From IMG/VR virus record IMGVR_UViG_3300021256_000008, positions 1 to 64,000 of that record: a stretch of 64,000 bases of DNA; one strand, written 5' to 3'. The translations under genes and the position numbers were made by a program. The notes beneath the pieces are model-generated. The model ran no database searches and was not told where the DNA came from. It saw only the letters and a list, made by a program, of their open reading frames with translations. Positions 16,228 to 25,365 of the stretch are shown piece by piece. Source of the DNA: a virus (lineage: Duplodnaviria; Caudoviricetes). Every line of letters begins with the position of its first letter. The first letter of the stretch is position 1.

Positions 16228-16788
16228 TCAGCGTTCTACAATTTCACCGTTTTGCTCGTAATAGAGTTTGGACAGTTCCAGACACTCTGCGTCGCTTCGG
16301 TTCATATAAGCAGAAACTTTGTTGTTCCAGAAATCACGGTCCGCCTGAGATACATGGGCTGCCGTGTTGCTGATGTGACTCGTAATGAGATAGGTCGCGG
16401 CATCCGATACGAACGGCATATCGATCAGATAGGAAGTTCCGTCACCGATTCGGATCCCGGCAACCGGAATGTCATTTCCCTCTTGATCCTTTATATAGGT
16501 ATAGTCGCTGTAAATATAAACAACGCCTTTTTCCGCAACGAGCTCTCTCTGTGTATCCCAGTTTTCTTTTGTGTCATAATAAACCCGACCGAGTCCAAGA
16601 TCTTCCGCCGTAAGAGAGCCTTCAAGTACAATGGAATTAATACTGGGTTTATTACGAAGCTGGTTATAATCGCTCGTACCGGCAATGGACTGAACTTCTC
16701 CGAAACCGACATTCATCCATTCAGTGAGAGATTTCGAAGTTAATTTAATTGTTTCGCTTTCTTCCCGAAACATTACGTTCAGTCTCAT
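16228..16788 (-). CDS. Minor tail or fibre-associated protein
   Basis: DYNQLRNKPSINSIVLEG and RIGDGTSY motifs typical of fibre proteins. Confidence 0.6.
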   Translation of the reverse strand: MRLNVMFREESETIKLTSKSLTEWMNVGFGEVQSIAGTSDYNQLRNKPSINSIVLEGSLTAEDLGLGRVYYDTKENWDTQRELVAEKGVVYIYSDYTYIKDQEGNDIPVAGIRIGDGTSYLIDMPFVSDAATYLITSHISNTAAHVSQADRDFWNNKVSAYMNRSDAECLELSKLYYEQNGEIVER

Positions 16789-17120
16789 ACCAGTACCTCA
16801 TCGTTCAGAACATCCTGGACAGCGATTGATTTCTTATCGCTCGCAAGAGCTTCTCCGGAATAAGTCAACGCGCGAACCTGAATATCGATCATGTTCCTCG
16901 GTTTTGCGGAGAATTTCTTTGTCTCTTCCTGAGTCAAACGAAAAGACGCTGTATAATACTCGGTTCCGGAGTTATCATAGGTACCGTATTCGAGATCACC
17001 TTTAGTTTTCTCGAGTACGATTTCATTGTTCTGAGCATACGTGATAAGAATCTTATCGAATGTTTCTTCCGGATTCTGTTCAAATATAAAAATGTGTTTT
17101 GGAGTTGTAGCACGTATCAC
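16785..17120 (-). CDS. Baseplate or fibre-attachment-like protein
   Basis: MIRATTP...ILITYAQ...LTQEET...IQVR pattern; GTG start with GGAGG-like RBS. Confidence 0.55.
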   Translation of the reverse strand: MIRATTPKHIFIFEQNPEETFDKILITYAQNNEIVLEKTKGDLEYGTYDNSGTEYYTASFRLTQEETKKFSAKPRNMIDIQVRALTYSGEALASDKKSIAVQDVLNDEVLV

Positions 17121-17162
17121 TGCGCATTCCTCCCTTTATGATTTGCGTTGGAAATTTATTTG

Positions 17163-17402
17163 TTACTCTTCCGGTTCCGTATCGGCGATCCAAACTTCTG
17201 GCGCTCTGACAATTGCGCCGTTGCTGTCGTGGATATAGGCGCATACATAGTCACAGGTTTCTTTCTTCCCATAACCCCATGCTGTAAATTCGTTATGAAA
17301 AGCCTGCTGTGCGGCATTCAGTGTATCGTGAATGGCGATACCTTTTGTAAACGTACCGCTGTCTCGATGAATGGTACTGACAAAATACTTAATCTCATTC
17401 AT
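17163..17402 (-). CDS. Small hypothetical protein in tail module
   Basis: GGAGG RBS; 79 aa. Confidence 0.65.
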   Translation of the reverse strand: MNEIKYFVSTIHRDSGTFTKGIAIHDTLNAAQQAFHNEFTAWGYGKKETCDYVCAYIHDSNGAIVRAPEVWIADTEPEE

Positions 17403-17414
17403 GAGTTATTCCTC

Positions 17415-17957
17415 CTAATTTTGTTTCAGTATAAACGTCGGGCGTAAATAAAACGTCGATGAAAAATTCGCAATTGTTACGCTCCAGGCATTTGCGGCGG
17501 TAGTAATTGTAATATCACAGGTCGGGCAATTTTCCGGAATAGGTGTTGTGCAGGCGGAATCTGTGAACATTCCCCAATTACCGACAACGTGATTTGCCGT
17601 AAGTCCAGTAAGCGCAATACTGGACGTTGTACCGTTGGCGCTGATTGTCTGTACGCTTGCCTGAAGGATCGCCTTGTTCAAATTCGTAGTGATTGTACCG
17701 ATGTTTGTTTCGGCGGTTGCCATCCGACTCGTAAGCCCGCCGGTACCGTTAAGATCTGATTCGTGCTCGTTAATTGCCCCGGAGAGATCCTGCGCCGTTG
17801 TATTAAGCGTCGCACTGCCGACCTTCGAATTGATTGACGCTACGTCGGCATTAATCTCGCTTTGCAATCTCGACTGCGTATCATCATAAATGACCGAAGA
17901 GTCGATGGCAGAGTCACTTGATGTATATAATTTTTTGTTATAAGGCATTTTATTCAC
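17415..17957 (-). CDS. Tail fibre-associated protein
   Basis: VGSATLNTTAQDLSGAINEH fibre repeat, coiled coil. Confidence 0.6.
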   Translation of the reverse strand: MNKMPYNKKLYTSSDSAIDSSVIYDDTQSRLQSEINADVASINSKVGSATLNTTAQDLSGAINEHESDLNGTGGLTSRMATAETNIGTITTNLNKAILQASVQTISANGTTSSIALTGLTANHVVGNWGMFTDSACTTPIPENCPTCDITITTAANAWSVTIANFSSTFYLRPTFILKQN

Positions 17958-17969
17958 TCACCTCGATCT

Positions 17970-19802
17970 TTAAACGGTTTTAACAAAATATAAACCGAGA
18001 CGCTCGTTCATGATGCTTGTCTGCGACCAATGTGATGCTGTCCAGGCTTCTTCATACTGAATTGTCGTCGTACAGCGGTATAAGCGACCGTTATACATGC
18101 GATAGTCTCCAATAACATAAGTCTGAGTTGGATCATATTCGGCAGCAACATTGTCGTTGGAAACGCTGAAGCGATTATTCAGTTCCTGTGTAATGATCGC
18201 GTTCTGAACCGGGTTCGTTGAAGAAGTGCTCATGGCCGAATCCACGAGAACTCTTGTCGCATTCGCGGCTATTCCTGCAAGCTTATTTTTCTCAACTGTT
18301 GTATAATCATTCGTGCTGAGACCTTTGCCGGATACAACATCAACTTTACCAGTTTCGAGGGCCGTAATTCTGCTGGTATTTCCGCCGATTGCGGTCATAT
18401 ACTCATTGGTAAAATCGTTCGTGCTAAGGCCTTTACCGGATACAACATCAACTTTACCGGAGAGGGCCGCGAGAATTTTACTCTGAATCAGATAATATAA
18501 ACCGAGATCGTTCAGCCACTTTCTATCATTTCCGGACAGCTGATTGCCGCCCCATAGCGTATCGATATCCAGATTTTCAATCGCGCTAAAGCTAACGCCG
18601 ATTGCGCCCTGATTTTCCCAGACGCTTCCGGTCCATCGATAAACATCGTACGGCACGGTAGAACCGACGTTGTACATATCGCCGACGGCCGGATTCGTAA
18701 TATCCGCCATAAGATCTTCAAGCGTCTCGTACGCACTGCCTTTAATAACGAACGGCGCACCCTGATCCCCCTTGGTAAGACCGAAAGCGATATGCTTAAC
18801 ACCATTTCGTTCAGTAACCGTGGCATACGCAGGACTGGAAGGCGGAAGTGTTTCGGCCGAAACCGTCATGCCTTCAAGAGACTGTGCTGCCGTAGTTGCT
18901 CTAGCTGCTGCCGTATTTGCACTATTCGCTGCGACATTCGCAGAATAAGCACTGGAATTGCAGCTTGCCGCCGCCGTATTGGCATCCGAAGCCGCTGTCG
19001 TAGCACTTGCGGTAGCGATATTGGCATTTCCTGCTGCCGTGGTTGCGCTTTCAGCTGCTGTCGTCGCCGAAGTTGCCGCCGAAGTAGCGTTTGTTGTGGC
19101 GGTTATCGCGTTATTTGTAGCCGTTGTAGCTGCCGAAACTGCAGCATCTGCATTAGACGTTGCCGTTGCGGCATTTGATGCAGCTGTTGTTGCTGCGGTT
19201 GCCGCCGTTGTTGCGCTTTCAGCCGCGGAAGTTGCGTTGGCTGCCGCGGTCGTTGCATTTGTTGCTGCCGTTTCAGCCTGAGACGCTCTCGTATTGGCGC
19301 TGCTGGCAGCCGAGTTTGCCGAAGTCGCCGCAGAAGTCGCCGATTCTGCCGCTGTATTTGCAGCTGTTGCCGCCGCGTTAGCACTGCCGGCTGCCAAAGT
19401 AGCATCGGAAGCTGCCGAATTCGCACTCGCGGCCGCAGCCGTAGCATTCGTTGCGGCTGTCTGCGCCGCTGTTTTTACAGTCTCAACACCTTCAGCAGCG
19501 TTATTGGCATTTGCGGCTGCCGTATTAGCCAGAGTCGCCTTTTCATTTGCGTTTGTCGCTGCAGCGTTCGCAGCAGTAGTTGCCGTATTTGCCGCCGTAG
19601 CCGCTGTATTGGCCGCTGTCGCCTTATTTGCGGCATTTGTCGCAGCTGAATTTGCCGCCGCAGTTGCATTCTCTGCCGATGTTTTTGCAGTAGTTACGTC
19701 GGAATAACACTCTTCGATTGCGTCATGAATGGCATCTCGAACTTCTTCGCCATAAACTGCATGTAGAATCTCATCCAGCAGATTCTGAATTCTGCTCGCC
19801 AA
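17970..19802 (-). CDS. Long fibre protein: Ala/Thr/Asn coiled-coil shaft, two KVDVVSGKGLSTND repeats, C-terminal CBM5/12-like domain
   Basis: ~250-aa A/T/N heptad region; AAEYDPTQTYVIGDYRMYNGRLYRC...W...HW. Confidence 0.75.
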   Translation of the reverse strand: MASRIQNLLDEILHAVYGEEVRDAIHDAIEECYSDVTTAKTSAENATAAANSAATNAANKATAANTAATAANTATTAANAAATNANEKATLANTAAANANNAAEGVETVKTAAQTAATNATAAAASANSAASDATLAAGSANAAATAANTAAESATSAATSANSAASSANTRASQAETAATNATTAAANATSAAESATTAATAATTAASNAATATSNADAAVSAATTATNNAITATTNATSAATSATTAAESATTAAGNANIATASATTAASDANTAAASCNSSAYSANVAANSANTAAARATTAAQSLEGMTVSAETLPPSSPAYATVTERNGVKHIAFGLTKGDQGAPFVIKGSAYETLEDLMADITNPAVGDMYNVGSTVPYDVYRWTGSVWENQGAIGVSFSAIENLDIDTLWGGNQLSGNDRKWLNDLGLYYLIQSKILAALSGKVDVVSGKGLSTNDFTNEYMTAIGGNTSRITALETGKVDVVSGKGLSTNDYTTVEKNKLAGIAANATRVLVDSAMSTSSTNPVQNAIITQELNNRFSVSNDNVAAEYDPTQTYVIGDYRMYNGRLYRCTTTIQYEEAWTASHWSQTSIMNERLGLYFVKTV

Positions 19803-20022
19803 TTACCTCACCATCCTCTGTTAAGGTATTTGTGTCCTTACTTCCATTTTGATTTTCATTGAGAATCTGGCGCTCGGTTTCCTGAATCGCCTGAATCAAG
19901 CCGTCACACTTACCGTATGCATAACTCAGAAGCGTACGATTCTGATTGCCCTTAACCTCCACCTGATCGATAGCTTCCCGAATCTTCAGAATCTCATTAA
20001 CGATGTCCTGCAATGTACTCAT
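19771..20022 (-). CDS. Small hypothetical protein in tail module
   Basis: AAGGAG RBS; 83 aa. Confidence 0.7.
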   Translation of the reverse strand: MSTLQDIVNEILKIREAIDQVEVKGNQNRTLLSYAYGKCDGLIQAIQETERQILNENQNGSKDTNTLTEDGEVIGEQNSESAG

Positions 20023-20061
20023 GTTTTGTTCTCCTTTTTTAATATGTAATTTTATAATTAT

Positions 20062-23000
20062 TTACGTTTGATCAAAAGAATAACCGGCCTTAAACCATTT
20101 GCTGTTACTCCAATTGCTACAGCTAATTAATACATAACCGGTGCTCGTCACATCTTCAACTGTAAACGTCGCATAACTTGTACTGCCTCGACCAGCATTA
20201 TATCCGGCCTGCCATGCATTCGTCATCTGATTATACTTCCAATCACTATAATAAGTGTTGCCGTTATACGTAAACACAGCCCGATAACAATCCATATATG
20301 CTTCTTCAGACTGAATCCAGCGAGATTCATTCTCCACCCACGGAGAGTATACCGTAGACTGCTTTCCTTGTAACCAATCACTATAATAAGTCTGCCCGTT
20401 ATAGGTAAATGCAGCCCGATAACAATCGTAATTCATTTCTTGACTGCTATTCCACCGAGACTGATATTCCACCCACGGAGAGTACACAGTAGACTGCTTT
20501 CCTTGCAACCAATCACTATAATAAGTATTACCGCCATAAGATACTTTAGCTCTGTAACAATCATAATTCATTTCTTGACTACTATTCCACCGAGACTGAA
20601 ATTCCACTGAAGGACCAGAAGTTACCTGATAATCCTTCTTTCCCTGATTATAACCAGCATTATAATGCGCTTGCGTTGATATGCGTTTCGTTCCAGTTCC
20701 GGTTTTTCCATTAGTAGCTGTCGCCACCGATGTAATATCGATATATTTATTACCGACACTATGCGAATCTGTTATGGAAACACTTTTAATTCCAACACTT
20801 CCGCTGCCAGCACTATATCCGGAATTATAATGACTTGTAGTGGAAACGGAATACGATTTCGTATACGTTCTGCTACTGGTTGACGAGTGGTTCGACAATA
20901 CAGCTCTTGCCTGAACAGTAATCTTTTTATTTGCAATATCGTGTGTAACCGATGGAAATGTAAAATTACTGTCTGGCAACGTTACAGCATTGAAGCCGGC
21001 ATTATAGTGCGCTTCCGTTGAAATACGTTTCGTATTCGACAGCGTTTTACCATTCGAAGCCGTCGCAACACCCGTGACGTCAACATACTTATTCACAACG
21101 CTATGTGAATCTGTAAGATTAACGCTATTAATCGAAACAGAGTTCTTTCCCGTCGTGAGACCGAGTGAATAGCCAACACTGTGCCCATCGTCGTACGCTT
21201 CGGTTCCAGTCGTAACAGTTCCGGCGAGCGTATTGTTGTTCGACGCGGTTGCAAGAAGATTAATTGTCGTCCTATGAGTGGATTTATTATAACTGTCACT
21301 CTTGTTCGGATCTCTTACGAGCGTTCGAATCGTAACATTGCTTCGTCCGGCATTATAAGACGTGTTATAAAACGATGTAATATCCGCGGTAAGAGCCCCT
21401 GTATAATCATTTCCATTCTCCAAATACGCGGTGTATGGCACTCGAATATTATACCGTTCTCTTGCCGAATCATACGGGTAAGTAATACCGCTGACATCTA
21501 CGACCAAACGGTCAAAGTCCACATCGTCAAAGCCACGCTGATAGGCTTCTTCCGCTGCTTCACTGGCTCCCGTATTATACCCATCCTGATAGGCTTTTGT
21601 TCCGGAAACTACAACATCGGCTAATTTTGTCTGACCGTATTCCGTAATCGCCTGAAGATGAACAGTTGTCGCATGAGTCTGCTGATTATAGGTATCCGTG
21701 CTGGTTTCGACGCGACCTAATTCATTAATTTTAACGGCTCGCTGAGCCGCCGCCACCCCATTCTGATACGCCTTGGTAGCGGTAACATTAAAAGACTGCG
21801 GTTGACTTGTAGCGTATCCAAAGGTAACGGTGCCATCATCGCCGACGGTAATTACATGCGAATGCTGGTTTCCCTGGCCGATTTTATTAATGGACGCATC
21901 GACATAAGCTCTGGAGGCAACCGGAAATGTTCCTCCGCCGTCAGAATTGGCAATATTAATAGTCGGAGCCGTAATACTGGCAGCAGTGAGATTTCGAATC
22001 GCGACACGATCCATAATAGCAAGAGCTGCATTGATTTCTTCAGCGGTAACCTTCTTTGATTTCAAAACATCGATCTCACCGTTTAAAGCTGAAAGTTGAC
22101 CGTTAATCACACTCAAGTCTCCGTCAACAACTGTCTTATCGGCTTTCAGTTCAAGGAGGGATCCAAGCTGTGTAGTGCGGGCTGTTACGCTCGCAATATT
22201 TGTCTTATTCTCGGCCGCGGTCGATGCGATCATCTGAACGCTTGACTTCAGTTCAGTCGTGGACGTTTTAATATTTGCCTCATTAACACGAATCTGCTGA
22301 CCGTTTTCATCAACTTTTCTTGAAAGCGATTGAATGTTAATGTTTCCAGTTTCAGCATCCACGTCGATGCCAACGCTCTTCAAAACGTTGAACCGCTTAT
22401 TGGTCTTTTCAAATTCACCGCGAATATTTGTCTTTACTGCTTCGACTTCGAAACGATCCGCCTTGCCACGAAGACCGGATTCCATTTCATTGGCCCAAAC
22501 ATCCCAAGTTGCAATTTTTTCGCCGGTGTCGGTTTGAACTCTGGCAACCGTTTGAGATACAGCAGTAATCCGGTCGTCAATTGTCTCGATTCTTTCCTCA
22601 GTCTTAGCCTCGTAGGTGTCGAGCTTGCCGGTTGTTTCATTCAGGCGTTCTGAAATTGCATGAAGATTAATATTTCCTTCTTCAGCATTGAAATCAATAC
22701 CAACCTGATTTTCAAGAACCTTTTGCTGACCCTTCAGCAAACGATAGAGTCCGCCGATACTGCCAACACCATCGGGATTATCTGGATCTATATCAATCCA
22801 CTCTTCGCGAACCTCATTTTTAACTTCTGTTTTCGCTTTTTGAATGTCGGCTGCTTGTGCGCTTCCAACCGCGCCGATTCCGGAGGCATAACCTCCATAA
22901 CTGCCACTGCTCTCTGCGCCATTTCCATACGTATCGCTCTGAGCGCGTTTGTCCTCGCGGTAACGCTGCGTTAAAGTCTGCTTCGGATTTCCGAAGGTAT

Positions 23001-24054
23001 AGGATGTATTTTCCGGATTTGCAAGATCATATTCAATTTTAGTGCACGTCAGATATTCTACGAGTTTATGCGGCGAAGAATTAATATGAACTCTCTGTCC
23101 GACCTGAATCGCCGTGACGGAAGAATCGAGGAAATGCAGATCCACCGCGTTTACCGTAATGGAAACCGGAACGTTAGAGTGCTCAGCGAGATATCTCTGA
23201 CCGTTTTCAAGAAGCGTCGAAGCGCTTGTAACATTGGAAAATACATGCGTGCGAATAATTCTCCCGTATTCTGAAACCGCAGCGCTGTCAACAATCTCAT
23301 CACTTCCGCCATTTACCGATGCTACCGTAAGATTATCATCGCCAAGCGGCACCAGAACTGTAAACAGATCTTCTTCAGAAATCTCCTGGGTTAGATCAAG
23401 TAAATTGATACCAAACGTGACTTCCTGCGCCGCCGTATCAGTATAAGACCCGAGAAGATCGATATATGTCGTGTTTCCGACACGTCTTGTTTTCAGATAT
23501 CCGCCGCAATAATCGATCAGACAGGTCTGAATGAAATCGAAGCTGTTGTTCCATTCGTCCGTAATGGAATTTAGCGCAATCTGCTTATAGTCGATCGTGC
23601 CCTCATCCGGATTTTCATCGCGCCCTGTAAGCTTGACTGACCGGTCTTCAATCGTAATGTTTCCGACCGTAAATTGTTTATAAGCTTCAACGCGAGCGTT
23701 ATGTGCCGCGATGATTTTTCGAAACAGTGCGTGGGCCGTACCGCTGTATTTTTCACCTTTCTGAACACTGTCTACAAGGTATGCGAGATCGCCTTCGCAG
23801 TATACTCGTCTAAAATTGTTAAAATCGCTTGTATAACTTAAAACTCTGCCCCGGAACAGTTCCGTCCCATCAATCGTGACACTGATAACGGTTCGCATCT
23901 GGTGCAGAGAATTGTAATATAGATTACTGTTCGGAATGGAAAACTCAAATGATCCGGCTTTTCCGAATTCTACAGTCAGTTTCGGTTCAACAATAACGTA
24001 AGATGGATTTGACGGATCGTAAATCGAAACGCCGTCTGCGTAAATATAAAACAT
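20062..24054 (-). CDS. Tail-associated protein (Tal-like hub N-terminus, coiled coil, repeat-bearing C-terminus)
   Basis: PKLTVEFGKAGSFEFSIP...LFRGRVL...VYCEGDLAYLVDSVQ N-terminus after Dit genes; three ~45-aa C-terminal repeats. Confidence 0.85.
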   Translation of the reverse strand: MFYIYADGVSIYDPSNPSYVIVEPKLTVEFGKAGSFEFSIPNSNLYYNSLHQMRTVISVTIDGTELFRGRVLSYTSDFNNFRRVYCEGDLAYLVDSVQKGEKYSGTAHALFRKIIAAHNARVEAYKQFTVGNITIEDRSVKLTGRDENPDEGTIDYKQIALNSITDEWNNSFDFIQTCLIDYCGGYLKTRRVGNTTYIDLLGSYTDTAAQEVTFGINLLDLTQEISEEDLFTVLVPLGDDNLTVASVNGGSDEIVDSAAVSEYGRIIRTHVFSNVTSASTLLENGQRYLAEHSNVPVSITVNAVDLHFLDSSVTAIQVGQRVHINSSPHKLVEYLTCTKIEYDLANPENTSYTFGNPKQTLTQRYREDKRAQSDTYGNGAESSGSYGGYASGIGAVGSAQAADIQKAKTEVKNEVREEWIDIDPDNPDGVGSIGGLYRLLKGQQKVLENQVGIDFNAEEGNINLHAISERLNETTGKLDTYEAKTEERIETIDDRITAVSQTVARVQTDTGEKIATWDVWANEMESGLRGKADRFEVEAVKTNIRGEFEKTNKRFNVLKSVGIDVDAETGNINIQSLSRKVDENGQQIRVNEANIKTSTTELKSSVQMIASTAAENKTNIASVTARTTQLGSLLELKADKTVVDGDLSVINGQLSALNGEIDVLKSKKVTAEEINAALAIMDRVAIRNLTAASITAPTINIANSDGGGTFPVASRAYVDASINKIGQGNQHSHVITVGDDGTVTFGYATSQPQSFNVTATKAYQNGVAAAQRAVKINELGRVETSTDTYNQQTHATTVHLQAITEYGQTKLADVVVSGTKAYQDGYNTGASEAAEEAYQRGFDDVDFDRLVVDVSGITYPYDSARERYNIRVPYTAYLENGNDYTGALTADITSFYNTSYNAGRSNVTIRTLVRDPNKSDSYNKSTHRTTINLLATASNNNTLAGTVTTGTEAYDDGHSVGYSLGLTTGKNSVSINSVNLTDSHSVVNKYVDVTGVATASNGKTLSNTKRISTEAHYNAGFNAVTLPDSNFTFPSVTHDIANKKITVQARAVLSNHSSTSSRTYTKSYSVSTTSHYNSGYSAGSGSVGIKSVSITDSHSVGNKYIDITSVATATNGKTGTGTKRISTQAHYNAGYNQGKKDYQVTSGPSVEFQSRWNSSQEMNYDCYRAKVSYGGNTYYSDWLQGKQSTVYSPWVEYQSRWNSSQEMNYDCYRAAFTYNGQTYYSDWLQGKQSTVYSPWVENESRWIQSEEAYMDCYRAVFTYNGNTYYSDWKYNQMTNAWQAGYNAGRGSTSYATFTVEDVTSTGYVLISCSNWSNSKWFKAGYSFDQT

Positions 24055-24806
24055 CAGAGCATTCCTCCGGTCGCTTCAATTGTAACTCGCCCGTTTCCGC
24101 TGAAAGTCAGAACATTTTCGCCCTGTTCAAACGAAATGGCGTAAAGCTCATTCGTTCCGCGATTCAGCGGATAACTTGTTCCCTGGTATGTAACGCTCAT
24201 TCCCGGAGCGCTGCACTGAATAACGGTCGGCCCCGAAACATCTCCGGTCGAAATATAGACGACTCTCGCCGTTCCATTGACAGGGAGATTCTTATAGCTC
24301 TTGATAACGCCAGTTTCGAAATTAAACGGATCCCAGAGCCAGTCGTCTCCACCGGTATATAGCTGTCTTTTATATGGATCAACCGTATATTTGATTGTGA
24401 TTGTCGAATTTCCGGGACTGGAATTCCATTCGTCGATCGTAAAGCGGCCTTTATAATAATAACCTGGGTCATCGTCAAGAATTGCCCGATAGTTATATCC
24501 CTGAAGGTATTCCATGATCTCTGTATATCGCTCATACCACTCATCATATGCGGCGTTATACTCAACCTGTCCGGAATTGATGACAATAAACTCCCATGAT
24601 CCAGTTCGAGCCCCGTAAGTTACACGGCCGGAAACAGAGTCAGTTAAATCGATAATTCCATCGCCGCCCGGAATATCCACAAAATGCGTTTTCGCCGAGG
24701 GCGGATTAAAAATCGGTCTGGAGCTTGGGACCAGATGCCAGTCGTCCCAGGTATTCTTATTTCCGATCGTGACGGAATGAAACTGCTTCGCCTGCGTCGA
24801 ACTCAC
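24054..24806 (-). CDS. Distal tail protein (Dit), copy 1
   Basis: NTWDDWHLVP...VDIPGGDG.IDLT...YG.RTGSWEF; located after the tape measure gene. Confidence 0.8.
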   Translation of the reverse strand: MSSTQAKQFHSVTIGNKNTWDDWHLVPSSRPIFNPPSAKTHFVDIPGGDGIIDLTDSVSGRVTYGARTGSWEFIVINSGQVEYNAAYDEWYERYTEIMEYLQGYNYRAILDDDPGYYYKGRFTIDEWNSSPGNSTITIKYTVDPYKRQLYTGGDDWLWDPFNFETGVIKSYKNLPVNGTARVVYISTGDVSGPTVIQCSAPGMSVTYQGTSYPLNRGTNELYAISFEQGENVLTFSGNGRVTIEATGGML

Positions 24807-24828
24807 GCCTAATCCCTCCTTCCATAAC

Positions 24829-25329
24829 TTAGAATTTTGTCGTATTGCTGTTTGCTACATTTCTCTTATATGGATCAACGTTGTAGTTAATTGTAATTGT
24901 CGAATTATGCTGCCCCGGATTCCAGGCATTTACGACAAGTCGTCCGGTATAGTACCAGCCCGATTCATCATTCAGAATAATATTGTGCTTTTTCCCATGA
25001 AGAAAGCGCATAATATCACTGTACAGAACAGACCACTGTTTGAAAACTTTATCGGACGGCACCTGTCCGGGATTGATGACGATAAACTCCCAGCTGCCGG
25101 ATCGGTTCCCGTAGACCGTTTTCCCGGCAAGAGATTCTGTCATATCGATAAAACCATCCCCTCCGACAAGCTCCAGATAGGAACTTTTAATCGGAGGGGG
25201 TGCGATCAGAGGTCTTGAAGAAGGGACAAGATGCCAGTCGTCCCAGGTATTTTTGTAGCCATCCGTATCGTTTCCGATCGTGATCGAATGAAATCCGACG
25301 GCCTGCGTGCTTGGTGTCGGTACTGTCAT
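24829..25329 (-). CDS. Distal tail protein (Dit), shorter paralog
   Basis: Same N-terminal motifs as copy 1; lacks the C-terminal ~85 aa. Confidence 0.75.
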   Translation of the reverse strand: MTVPTPSTQAVGFHSITIGNDTDGYKNTWDDWHLVPSSRPLIAPPPIKSSYLELVGGDGFIDMTESLAGKTVYGNRSGSWEFIVINPGQVPSDKVFKQWSVLYSDIMRFLHGKKHNIILNDESGWYYTGRLVVNAWNPGQHNSTITINYNVDPYKRNVANSNTTKF

Positions 25330-25365
25330 AAGTGTCCCTCCTTCCGACTTCCATTTTGAATTAAT

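Noticed and set aside
17970-19802. Ala/Thr-rich repeat as a novel repeat element
   Set aside because: Ordinary coiled-coil shaft of a fibre protein
20220-20640. Diversity-generating retroelement target/template repeats
   Set aside because: No reverse transcriptase in the window; repeats are in-frame tandem protein units
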